Shown piece after piece: positions 1-8,356 of a DNA stretch of 20,141 nucleotides. Under the pieces are notes generated by a model that worked only from the letters and a program-made list of their open reading frames with translations, ran no database searches and was not told where the DNA came from. Both the position numbers and the translations under genes were made by a program. Within the stretch, counting starts at the first letter, position 1; each line of letters begins with the position of its first letter. Source of the DNA: Atribacterota bacterium (GTDB taxonomy: Bacteria > Atribacterota > Phoenicimicrobiia > Phoenicimicrobiales > Stramentimicrobiaceae); the NCBI GenBank assembly GCA_040767965.1, contig JAXGNR010000018.1, forward strand, positions 1 through 20,141. The letters are read 5' to 3'.

Positions 1-282
1 GAAAGATATGAAGATTTCCCGGAAGTTCCAACCTTCTCTGAACAGGGATTCGAATTATATAGTGGTTCTAGTAGAGGCATTTCAGCTCCTCCCAATACCC
101 CTGATGAAATTGTAAATATTCTTGGGGAAGCATTTAGAAAAGCTGCAAATGATCCTGAATTTTTAGCACAAGCAAAAGAATTAAAGATGCCTTTAGATAT
201 TAGAATCCTTGAAGATTACAATAAAATGAGGGAAGATTTTTATGATCTAGTAGCAGGATTGTATGAGATATACCAATGGTAA
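1..282 (+). CDS. tctC: Tripartite tricarboxylate transporter substrate-binding protein (TctC/Bug family), 5'-truncated by the window edge
   Basis: Frame 1 is open from base 1 to TAA at 280-282 and reads ERYEDFPEVPTFSEQGFELYSGSSRGISAPPNTPDEIVNILGEAFRKAANDPEF..., matching the TctC C-terminal pattern (R...P.VPT..E.G ... RG..AP..TP..IV..L..A...A..DPEF). It lies directly upstream of tctB and tctA. Confidence 0.88.
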   Translation, partial: ERYEDFPEVPTFSEQGFELYSGSSRGISAPPNTPDEIVNILGEAFRKAANDPEFLAQAKELKMPLDIRILEDYNKMREDFYDLVAGLYEIYQW

Positions 283-301
283 AAAAGTGTTCTTAATTTC
301 C

Positions 302-337
302 AATATCTGCAGGAGATTTTTATATCCTGCAGATATT
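302..337 (+). promoter_or_regulatory. Intercistronic stem-loop between tctC and tctB (mRNA stabiliser or partial terminator)
   Basis: Perfect 13-bp inverted repeat AATATCTGCAGGA (302-314) / TCCTGCAGATATT (325-337) with a 10-nt loop, followed by a short T-rich stretch. Confidence 0.6.
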
Positions 338-363
338 TTATTGAAAGGGGAAGGTCAAGTCTA

Positions 364-780
364 ATGAAATTAAGAGATCAAATTCTTTCTTTAATTATAC
401 TGGTGTTAAGTGCGTTAGGTTATTATAAAGCTACAGAATTACCTGCTGGTGGCCCGGATATTTTTCCAAAAAGCATTTGTATAGGAATGTTTTTTTTAGG
501 TTTTATATTGTTCATTTCTACTATGTTAGGCTTTTCAAAGAAAGAAGAAAAAAAAGAAGAAGCAAATTATTTACAGGTTTTTAGTATACTAGCTATTACT
601 GTATTATATTTTATTTTAATACCAAGAATAGGATATTTTATCTCAACCCCAATCTTTCTTGTTCTTACAAGTTACCTATTACATTGCAGAAAAATAAAAG
701 TTATTTTATTTTATCCTTTGGTTTTAACATTATTTTTATATCTGACATTTAGTGTTTTTTTAAAAGTACCATTTCCATAG
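364..780 (+). CDS. tctB: Tripartite tricarboxylate transporter small membrane subunit TctB
   Basis: 138 aa with about 4 hydrophobic segments, a GP..FP motif, GY.IST..F and a C-terminal F...LKVPFP. It sits between tctC and tctA. Confidence 0.85.
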   Translation: MKLRDQILSLIILVLSALGYYKATELPAGGPDIFPKSICIGMFFLGFILFISTMLGFSKKEEKKEEANYLQVFSILAITVLYFILIPRIGYFISTPIFLVLTSYLLHCRKIKVILFYPLVLTLFLYLTFSVFLKVPFP

Positions 781-844
781 AAATACTTATTATGTTTTTA
801 AATGATGAAAATATTTATTTTTAGATAGAACGGAGAGCAATATT

Positions 845-2338
845 ATGTGGGAAATAATTAAGACAGTAATACCCGATGTTTTCAGTTTAGTCAGTATTAT
901 GCTAATGGTTTTTGGTGTTTCTATAGGAATTATTTTCGGAGCAATGCCAGGCTTATCGGCTGCTATGGGTGTGGCTTTATTAATTCCAATTACATTTAGC
1001 ATGAGCGCAACACAAGGGTTGATTCTGCTTGGGAGTATATATATCGGCGCTATTTATGGAGGATCTATATCAGCAATATTAATAAGGGTTCCTGGAACTC
1101 CGGCTTCAATTGCAACTAGTTTTGATGGATATGAGATGACAAAAAAGGGTGAAGCTGATATGGCCTTAAAGATTTCAATTACCTCTTCATTTGTCGGAGG
1201 TATTATCAGTGCTCTGGCTTTATTATTTATTTCGCCTGCCTTAGCACGGGTTGCTCTTTCATTCGGGCCTGCAGAATATTTTGGATAGCAACATTTGGAC
1301 TATCAATAATTGTAACTCTATGTTCAGAGAATCCCATTAAAGGACTTATTTCTGCAGGGTTCGGTTTTTCTGGGAATAGTTGGCATGGATCCTATTTTGG
1401 CTACTCCAAGATTCACTTTTGGGATAACAGAATTATTGCAAGGTGTTCCTATTGTAGTGCTTTTAATTGGACTTTTTCAATTCCTCAAGCTTTGGAAATG
1501 ATTGAAGGAAAAGAATTAAACAATCCACCATTTCTATTAATGGAGAAAAAGAATTATAAAAATTTCAGAAGTAATGAAAGAAATAAAAAAATCTGGATTA
1601 CTTATTTAAGATCTTCTATTATTGGAACAATTATTGGAATAATTCACTGGTGCTGGTGCAAATATAGCCTCTTACCTTGGATATAATGAAGCAAAAAGAT
1701 TGTCTAAAAATAGTAAAAAATTCGGCACTGGAATAAGTGAAGGAGTTGCTGGTTCAGAAGCTGCAAACAATGCTGTTACTGGAGGCTCTTTAATACCTCT
1801 TTTAACTTTAGGTGTTCCGGGAAATCAGGTTTCTGCTGTTTTAGTAGGAGGTTTAATGATTCATGGTTTACAACCCGGTCCGATGTTATTTGTAAGAAAT
1901 GCCGATGTTGTATATGGTTTTATGTTAGCATTGTTAGTAGCAAATATAGTTATGTTAATACTTGGTTATTATGGTGCAGATATTTTTGTAAATGTAGTAA
2001 AGCTTCCTAAAAGTATTTTATCACCAGTCATTATAGCATTGAGTATTATAGGTTCTTATGCACTTGCAAATAGTCTTTTTGATGTAGGATTAATGTTATT
2101 TTTTGGTGTTATTGGCTATTTTATGCGAAAATTCAATATTGATTCAGCTCCAGCAGTATTAGCTTTAATTTTAGGTCCATTAGCAGAATCTAATGCTAGA
2201 AGAGTTCTATTAATGTCTAGAGGAAACCTTAGTAAATTGTTTGTAGGAACATTGAACTGGGTAATGATTGTTTTGACAATAGTATCTTTGTCATTTGCTT
2301 TTTATGTGTTTTACAAAGAAAGAACACAAAAAAATTAA
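845..2338 (+). pseudogene. tctA: Tripartite tricarboxylate transporter large permease TctA, frameshifted (true pseudogene or consensus error)
   Basis: TctA motifs GAMPGL, YGGSISAIL..PGTPAS, EAANNA..GG..IPLLTLGVPG and G.QPGP are spread over ORFs 845-1288, 1492-1686 and 1700-2338. Continuity is restored by adding 1 T at 1279-1282, 2 T at 1365-1369 and 1 T at 1473-1477, and removing 1 A at about 1646. This gives EYFWIATFGLSII...KGLISAGFGFFLGIVGMDP...IGLFSIPQ...IIPGAGANIASYLGYNEAK. Confidence 0.85.
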
Positions 2339-2404
2339 TATTCATAACCGAAAATTATTATTTTATATTTATACATTCAAATCATAATTAAAAGGAGTTG
2401 AAAA

Positions 2405-3448
2405 TTGGACATAAGAAAAGATAAAAAAGAGTTAAAGATATTTGCCCAAAAAGTTGGAATTAGTGCAGGATTAAGCGAAGAAGATGCATTTATTTTAGCA
2501 GATTCACTAATATTTGCAAATTTAAGAGGGATTGATTCCCATGGCATTATAAGGTTACCATTCTATATAAAAAGATTAGAGACTAAGAGTACTAATGCTA
2601 AACCAAAAATAAAAAAAATAAAAGAAAAAGGTGGTATAATAATACTAGATGGTGATAACGGTTTAGGCCAAATCGTTGGTATGTATTGTGCAAATATGGC
2701 CATTGAAAAAGCTAAAGAAGCAGGGATTTCTTTTATATCTACAAAAAGAAGTTCTCACTTTGGTGCAGCTTCGTATTACAGTTATCATATAGCTGAAAAT
2801 AATATGTTTGGTATTTCATTTTCAAATGGATGCCCAGTGATGACTGCCTGGGGGGGTTCAAAAAGAGTAATAGGTAACAACCCTTTTTCATTTGCCACCC
2901 CTTATATAAAAAGTCAACCTATTTTACTGGATATAGCTATGAGTGGTGTCGCAGGAGGAAAAGTACGTTTGTATGCTAAAAATAATAAAAAAATTCCCAA
3001 AGGTTGGATTTTGGACAAATCAGGAAAACAAACTGATGACCCGAATGATTTAGTTGCTGGAGGAACTCTTTTGCCTTTCGGTGAACATAAAGGATATGGT
3101 TTAGCTATTGGCCTTGAAATTTTAGCTGGAGTATTACCTGGAGCAGCTATGATGAGCCAGATACCTTTATGGATTAAAGATTTTGAAAATCCTTTAAATA
3201 TTGGCCACTGTTTTATTGCAATTGACCTTCCATTTTTTGTGGACCAAAAAGAATACAACGAAAGAATTAGCTGGATGGTAAATCAGCTAAAATCTTCTCC
3301 TTTATCAGAAGGTTCAAAAGGCGTGTTCCTTCCTGGGGAAATAGATTATAACATTGAAAAAGAAAGATCAACTAAAGGGATTCCAATTTCTAAAGAAGTA
3401 TGGAATGATTTAGAAATATTAGCTAAAAAGTATAAAGTAGAATTTTAA
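2405..3448 (+). CDS. Ldh_2-family NAD(P)-dependent oxidoreductase (malate/L-lactate/sulfolactate/ureidoglycolate dehydrogenase-like)
   Basis: Motifs RGIDSHG, DGDNGLGQ, SSHFGA, GNNP, LDIAMS, GEHKGYGL and PGE. TTG start preceded by AAGGAG. Substrate cannot be determined from sequence. Confidence 0.88.
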   Translation: MDIRKDKKELKIFAQKVGISAGLSEEDAFILADSLIFANLRGIDSHGIIRLPFYIKRLETKSTNAKPKIKKIKEKGGIIILDGDNGLGQIVGMYCANMAIEKAKEAGISFISTKRSSHFGAASYYSYHIAENNMFGISFSNGCPVMTAWGGSKRVIGNNPFSFATPYIKSQPILLDIAMSGVAGGKVRLYAKNNKKIPKGWILDKSGKQTDDPNDLVAGGTLLPFGEHKGYGLAIGLEILAGVLPGAAMMSQIPLWIKDFENPLNIGHCFIAIDLPFFVDQKEYNERISWMVNQLKSSPLSEGSKGVFLPGEIDYNIEKERSTKGIPISKEVWNDLEILAKKYKVEF

Positions 3449-3494
3449 TTATTTAATTTAATTGAAAATTCATAAAAATTCAAGAGGTATGCCA

Positions 3495-4271
3495 ATGTAT
3501 AAAGAAAACCCAATCAGGGAAAAATTAAAGAATAATAATACAGTGTTAGGTAGTTGTTTATATTCTTTTTCTCCAAATATTATGGAAATTGCAGGCTATT
3601 GTGGTCTAGATTTTTGTAGAATTGACAATGAGCATGCTTGGAGGCAAGACGATATGTTAGAACACCTTATCAGGGCAGCAGATAAAAGTAGTATTTTACC
3701 GATAGTAAGAGTTGATAAAGATAATCCTTACCTTATAAGGAAAGTGCTTGAAATAGGCGCAGGTGGTTTTATTGTTCCAGATATCAGAGACAAAGATGAG
3801 GTTGAGAAAATTGTAAAAGCTGCCAAGTTCCCCCCAAAAGGAGAAAGAGGTTTTAGTTCTTTATGTTATTCTGGAAATTATGGTATTGGAAGTGCTTCTC
3901 AATGGGTAGAATGGAGTAATAAAAATACTTTAGTTGGTGTGATGATAGAAACCCCTGAAGCTATAGAGAATATTGAAAAAATCATGTCAGTTGATGGTTT
4001 AGACTTTATATTATTTGGGCCAGCAGATTATTCGATTAGAATTGGCTTAGATGAGCCAAACAAAAATCACCCAAAAGTTGTAGAGGCTATTACCCGGACT
4101 GCTGAAATTGCTAAAAAATATGAAAAGTATGCTATGATAGGAGTAGGCTACCCATGGGAAGAAGAGGCAGAGAAATACATTAAAATTGGGTTTAATATGA
4201 TAGAATTAGGACATGATTATACTGTTCTTAGTACCATATGGAAGAAAATGGTTGAGTCAATCAAAAAATAG
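3495..4271 (+). CDS. HpcH/HpaI-family class II pyruvate aldolase (2-keto-3-deoxy sugar-acid aldolase-like)
   Basis: Motifs DNEH, VRV, FPPKGERG, MIET and GPADYS. The start is probably ATG 3495 (GAGGT at 3484-3488) rather than TTG 3462. Confidence 0.88.
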   Translation: MYKENPIREKLKNNNTVLGSCLYSFSPNIMEIAGYCGLDFCRIDNEHAWRQDDMLEHLIRAADKSSILPIVRVDKDNPYLIRKVLEIGAGGFIVPDIRDKDEVEKIVKAAKFPPKGERGFSSLCYSGNYGIGSASQWVEWSNKNTLVGVMIETPEAIENIEKIMSVDGLDFILFGPADYSIRIGLDEPNKNHPKVVEAITRTAEIAKKYEKYAMIGVGYPWEEEAEKYIKIGFNMIELGHDYTVLSTIWKKMVESIKK

Positions 4272-4305
4272 AATAAAGAATTAATTATTTCAATATTGTA
4301 GATTC

Positions 4306-4363
4306 AAATAGTTCTTCTCCTATTTATATAAATAGGAGAAGAACTATTTATTTTTTATTTTTT
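4306..4363 (+). terminator. Rho-independent terminator of the tct-dehydrogenase-aldolase operon
   Basis: Perfect 44-bp palindrome AAATAGTTCTTCTCCTATTTAT|ATAAATAGGAGAAGAACTATTT (4306-4349), followed by ATTTTTTATTTTTT, about 35 nt after the aldolase stop. Confidence 0.85.
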
Positions 4364-4527
4364 AAAATACTGTTAGAATAGTATTAACCATTATATGTAT
4401 TAAATATGTGTTAATTTCATGATGTGTTTAATCATAACAATATAATAAATTTAAATATCTAATAATTTTTAAATATTTTTATTAACTCATAAATAGATAG
4501 TACATAATGAAAAGAATCAGATAATCT

Positions 4528-4536
4528 TTATATTAA
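4528..4536. repeat. Left copy of the 9-bp target-site duplication TTATATTAA
   Basis: An identical 9-mer abuts the other IS end at 6167-6175. Confidence 0.8.
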
Positions 4537-6166
4537 TAGCCTTTCAGATAACTAGCCCTTTGAAATTAAATAGCAGAAAGAAAAGATTTAACAAAGCGAA
4601 TCTTATCTTTGTTTCCGGTCTTTACAGCTGCCAGGGCAATCAATAGAACAGTGATATGGGCAATAGTACAGTGATTGGAGATAGCCTGTAATCCCCTGAC
4701 ATTCGGATTTTGCATGATCAATTCCAGCAACCTAGAGAAAATCCTTTCCGATCCACTGCGCATGTCATAGATCTTTTTGAATTCTTTACTACCATAATTA
4801 ATTTGCTTACGAATGTCTTCATCCACCACCTGTAGGTAAGCAAAACAACCGGTGCCTTTGACAAACTGGGGATGCATCCAGGGACAGTAAGGATGTTCTT
4901 CCCGGAACTGCCTGGAATGGATAATCGGACAGACGAACTTGGTTCTGGTCCTTTTCCCTTCCCGATATTTGCCCCAATAGAGCATCTCAAAACCAGCTAG
5001 ACAGATGCGGTTACCGATCTTTGTGACAGGAAGGTCTTTTTCCCTTCTTAAGTTTCGGGCGATATAGGGTTTGGCTTTCAGATCCCGGATGATAAAGGAA
5101 AGCACCTTAGCCGAATCGAGTACTGAATCGGCAATGACTGCACCGATTTCCAGACCAAGCTGATCCTTGGCCCGACTAAGCTGAGGAAGGATGATCTTAC
5201 TGTCTACGACATTGGCTGGTCTGGTTTCTTCCACAAGCGGTAATTCAGATAAAACGTCAGAGAGAACAAAATTCCGGTAACTCCAGAAATAGCGGACCTC
5301 TTTCTGAAATGGTTTGGGAAAATGGATCATGACACCCAGTCGGCTCTGTGGATCACCTTTCGGCCTTCTATTCTTCTTGAATCGATCTTTAACAGAAGTC
5401 TTCAGGTTGTTTTCTTTCACCTTGGCCGGGATATTCGTAGAATCAAAGGCCAGATAGCTCCCCTTGATTTCGCCTGACTGAATGAGCTTACCAACCAGGG
5501 CATTTCTCACATATTGCAAAATATCATTATCAGTATCAGCCAAAAAGGCCGAGAAGTTCTCCACCTGAGGTAACTTTAGAGGATGAAAGCCGAAAACCAG
5601 GGCCAGATCAGGGTGATCCCTTAACATTCTTACCAGATCAGAAAAATAGGAGATATTTTTCATGTTCTTGTAAATGAGTGCTTTTAATAAAGATTCATAA
5701 CCCAAAGGAGGCCTACCGGTGGTAGAATTCAGTCTCTCAAGGGATGGGGTATCCAAAAAAGAGAACAGAATCTCATATTTTTCTAATGGTTTCAGATTGA
5801 AAACAGTTTCTGCCTTAAAAATCAATTTCTGGTTGGCCTTAAATTGGTTCATACGCTTACCTCCTACTTTTCTGAAAGGTGGTTTTGTTAACTCTAAAAT
5901 AGCACAAGGTAAAAAAAGATGGAGGTGAAGACAAAATAAGATTCGGCAATGTTTTGCTAACTATAGGAAAGAGGGTTTCAGAAAACATATCAAGATAAAA
6001 AATTCACCTCCAGGCCTCGAAAAAAACAGGAAAATGAGGCAAAAAAAGAAGGAGACCCTCTTAAAACGCTTATCTTATAAGGGTTTTAAAGATGGAGGTG
6101 AAACATAAAAGCGTATACTCTGGAAAGCCTTGTAAAGTAATGGTTTCAGAGTTTTCTGAAAGCATG
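4537..6166 (-). mobile_element. Complete insertion sequence (1630 bp), IS4 superfamily (IS4/IS5/IS1182-like DDE)
   Basis: Terminal IRs are TAGCCTTTCAGATAACT (4537-4553) and the reverse complement of 6150-6166, CATGCTTTCAGAAAACT (13/17 match). They are flanked by the TTATATTAA duplication and enclose a single transposase gene. The element is visibly more GC-rich than its flanks. Confidence 0.88.
4566..5852 (-). CDS. DDE transposase (N-terminal DUF772-like region, DDE_Tnp_1-like core)
   Basis: N-terminus GRPP...LLKALI...LALVFGF. Catalytic candidates are AFDST, IADS and Y-x2-R-x3-E (YDMRSGSERIF), with a Cys-rich insertion (CLAG...CP...CP...C). Strong RBS AGGAGG at 5860-5865. The frame is intact. 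Confidence 0.92.
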   Translation of the reverse strand: MNQFKANQKLIFKAETVFNLKPLEKYEILFSFLDTPSLERLNSTTGRPPLGYESLLKALIYKNMKNISYFSDLVRMLRDHPDLALVFGFHPLKLPQVENFSAFLADTDNDILQYVRNALVGKLIQSGEIKGSYLAFDSTNIPAKVKENNLKTSVKDRFKKNRRPKGDPQSRLGVMIHFPKPFQKEVRYFWSYRNFVLSDVLSELPLVEETRPANVVDSKIILPQLSRAKDQLGLEIGAVIADSVLDSAKVLSFIIRDLKAKPYIARNLRREKDLPVTKIGNRICLAGFEMLYWGKYREGKRTRTKFVCPIIHSRQFREEHPYCPWMHPQFVKGTGCFAYLQVVDEDIRKQINYGSKEFKKIYDMRSGSERIFSRLLELIMQNPNVRGLQAISNHCTIAHITVLLIALAAVKTGNKDKIRFVKSFLSAI

Positions 6167-6173
6167 TTATATT
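6145..6173 (+). promoter_or_regulatory. Putative hybrid sigma70 promoter at the IS-target junction
   Basis: TTCAGA (6145-6150, inside the IS), 17-nt spacer, TATATT (6168-6173, inside the TSD), with an extended -10 TG supplied by the IS terminal bases 6165-6166. It lies just upstream of the RBS of the 6193 gene. Confidence 0.45.
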
Positions 6174-6175
6174 AA
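6167..6175. repeat. Right copy of the 9-bp target-site duplication TTATATTAA
   Basis: Identical to 4528-4536 and directly abutting the IR. Confidence 0.8.
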
Positions 6176-6192
6176 TATTAAGGAGGGGAAAT

Positions 6193-6927
6193 ATGTTAAG
6201 AATAATTTTGTTAGGGTTAATCTTTTTTGGAGCAACAAAACAAGTATCAGCCCAATCAAGATTTGAAAAAGACTTGTTTAAAACTAAAGAAGATAACCTG
6301 GAAATAACTTTTTTAGGTCATGGAACGTTAATGCTTTCATATCAGGATAAAACAATACACGTTGATCCTTTTGGAGAGATAGCAGATTATAACCAGCTGC
6401 CTAAGGCTGATATCATTTTGCTAACACATGAACACTTTGATCATATGGATCTACAGGCCATCGATACTATTAAAAAAGAAGACACTTCTATTGTTCTTAC
6501 TGAAATATGTGCTGAAAAAATTAGTGGTGGCACAATTATGAGGAATAATGATATTAATGTTGTTAAAGGATTAGAGATAGAAGCAGTTCCAGCTTATAAT
6601 ATAAAACACGAAAGAAGTGCAGGAAATCCTTTTCACCCTAAAGGTAATGGCAATGGCTATATCATAAACTTTGCAGGTTTAAGGGTATACATTGCAGCAG
6701 ATACAGAAAATATTCCGGAAATGAAAGATTTAGGTAATGTTGATATTGCATTCTTGCCTATGAACTTACCATATACAATGACTCCTGAAATGGTTGCAGA
6801 TGCAGCTAAAATGATTAAACCAAAAATATTGTATCCTTACCATTTCGGTGATACAGATACTAAAAAAATTATTGATTTACTGAAACAAGAGAAAAATATC
6901 GAGGTTAGAATTAGAAAATTGTCTTGA
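6193..6927 (+). CDS. MBL-fold metallo-hydrolase (UlaG/UPF0173-like) with a probable signal peptide
   Basis: HxHxDH motif (THEHFDH), plus LGHG, VDP, PAYN, ADT and PYHF. N-terminus MLRIILLGLIFFGATKQVSA-Q looks like a signal peptide. RBS AGGAGG. Confidence 0.88.
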   Translation: MLRIILLGLIFFGATKQVSAQSRFEKDLFKTKEDNLEITFLGHGTLMLSYQDKTIHVDPFGEIADYNQLPKADIILLTHEHFDHMDLQAIDTIKKEDTSIVLTEICAEKISGGTIMRNNDINVVKGLEIEAVPAYNIKHERSAGNPFHPKGNGNGYIINFAGLRVYIAADTENIPEMKDLGNVDIAFLPMNLPYTMTPEMVADAAKMIKPKILYPYHFGDTDTKKIIDLLKQEKNIEVRIRKLS

Positions 6928-6941
6928 GAAAAGGAGCTTTT

Positions 6942-8309
6942 ATGAAAGAGCGCTTTGTCGTAATTGGCGGTGATGCCGCTGGAATGAGTGCAGCTAGCAA
7001 AGCTCGAAGAGAAAGACCGGACCTGGAAATTATTGCTTTAGAAAAAGGGAATTGGGCTTCTTACGGAGCTTGCGGATTGCCTTATTACATTAAAGGTGAT
7101 ATAAAAAGCATAGAAAATTTGGTTGCAATTCCTCCTGAAAAATTTAGAGAAAAACGCAATATCGACCTCAGATTAAATCATGAAGTTATTAAAATTAATA
7201 CTGACAATAAAGAATTAATAGTAAAAAACCAGGATGAAAATATTGTAATGTCATATGACAAATTACTTGTCAGCACTGGTGCCCGAGCTTTAAAGCCCAG
7301 AATTGAAGGAATTGACCTGCCAAATATATTTATTTTAAGAGGCATGGATAGCGGGAAAGCAATCAAAGAGCATTTAGAAAAGAAATCACCAAAGTCAGTG
7401 CTGATAATCGGAGGAGGCTATATAGGTATGGAGATGGCTGAAGCGTTCCATTCCTATAACATGGAAATTCATGTTGTTGAAATGCTTCCCCATGTACTTT
7501 CTAATTTTGGTTCTGAAATTGCCGAAGTAGTGGAGAATCAGTTAAAAGAATACATAAAGCTCCATTTAAATAAGTATGCAAGCAAAATAACACAAGATGA
7601 TTCAGGCAAATTGATAGTGGGTTTAAAAGAAAAAGAGGGGGATGATGTTAGCCAGGAAATTAATGTGGATATGGTGTTGGTGGCTGCAGGCATTGTGCCT
7701 GAAGCAGGCCTGGCTGAAAAATCAGGCATTAAACTGGGTGCCACAGGCGCTATTGCTACTGATGAATACGGTCAAACTAATATTCCCGATATATTTGCTG
7801 CTGGAGATTGCGCTGAAGCCAGGCACGTAATTACAGGTAAGCCGGTTTATGTGCCACTGGCTTTAACTGCCAATAGAAACGGGAGAGCTGTGGGCAGTAC
7901 CATTGGAGGCAAAGCAACAAAACTGGCACCAATAGCGGGTACTGCAGTGGTTAAAGTATTTCAACTGGAAGTTGCTACAACCGGTATAATTGATTCAGAT
8001 ATTGCTCTCCAGAATGGATTTAACCCGGTTAAGGTTACCATTGATACTTACTCCAGGGCAGGTTATTGTCCTAAATCAAAGCCAATAAAAATAAGCTTGC
8101 TGGCTGATAAAAAAAGTAAAATATTGTTGGGCTCCAGTATGGTTGGAGAAGAGGGCATTGTAAAACGTATTGATATTATTGCGACTGCTATCAGTGGAAA
8201 ATTCACTGTGGAACAACTGGAAAGCCTGGATTTGGCTTATGCACCTCCTTTTTCTCCAGTCTGGGATCCTGTTTTGACTGCTGCTCGAGTATTGAATGGT
8301 AAATTATAG
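6942..8309 (+). CDS. cdr: CoA-disulfide reductase / NADH oxidase family flavoprotein
   Basis: FAD motif IGGDAAGMSAA, redox Cys in SYGACGLPYY, NAD(P)H motif GGGYIG, second FAD motif IFAAGDC and C-terminal YAPPFSPVWDP. ATG 6942 follows AAGGAG. Confidence 0.85.
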   Translation: MKERFVVIGGDAAGMSAASKARRERPDLEIIALEKGNWASYGACGLPYYIKGDIKSIENLVAIPPEKFREKRNIDLRLNHEVIKINTDNKELIVKNQDENIVMSYDKLLVSTGARALKPRIEGIDLPNIFILRGMDSGKAIKEHLEKKSPKSVLIIGGGYIGMEMAEAFHSYNMEIHVVEMLPHVLSNFGSEIAEVVENQLKEYIKLHLNKYASKITQDDSGKLIVGLKEKEGDDVSQEINVDMVLVAAGIVPEAGLAEKSGIKLGATGAIATDEYGQTNIPDIFAAGDCAEARHVITGKPVYVPLALTANRNGRAVGSTIGGKATKLAPIAGTAVVKVFQLEVATTGIIDSDIALQNGFNPVKVTIDTYSRAGYCPKSKPIKISLLADKKSKILLGSSMVGEEGIVKRIDIIATAISGKFTVEQLESLDLAYAPPFSPVWDPVLTAARVLNGKL

Positions 8310-8356
8310 TAATTAATCTGTAAATATAAATACTATTAAATGTATGAAAAGTATAT

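Noticed and set aside
1492-2338. ORFs 1492-1686 and 1700-2338 as independent genes
   Set aside because: They are consecutive fragments of one frameshifted tctA.
790-3258. Antisense ORFs 790-1002 and 2914-3258
   Set aside because: They are shadows of tctA and the Ldh_2 gene, with no recognisable motifs.
4718-5928. ORFs 4718-4990 (-) and 5719-5928 (+) as IS accessory genes
   Set aside because: They are alternative-frame or antisense overlaps of the intact transposase, with no supporting motif.
5853-6166. Bridge-RNA or omega-RNA-like guide in the long IS non-coding end
   Set aside because: The transposase is a DDE enzyme with IRs and a target duplication, not an IS110, TnpB or IscB protein, and I saw no convincing target-matching guide segment.
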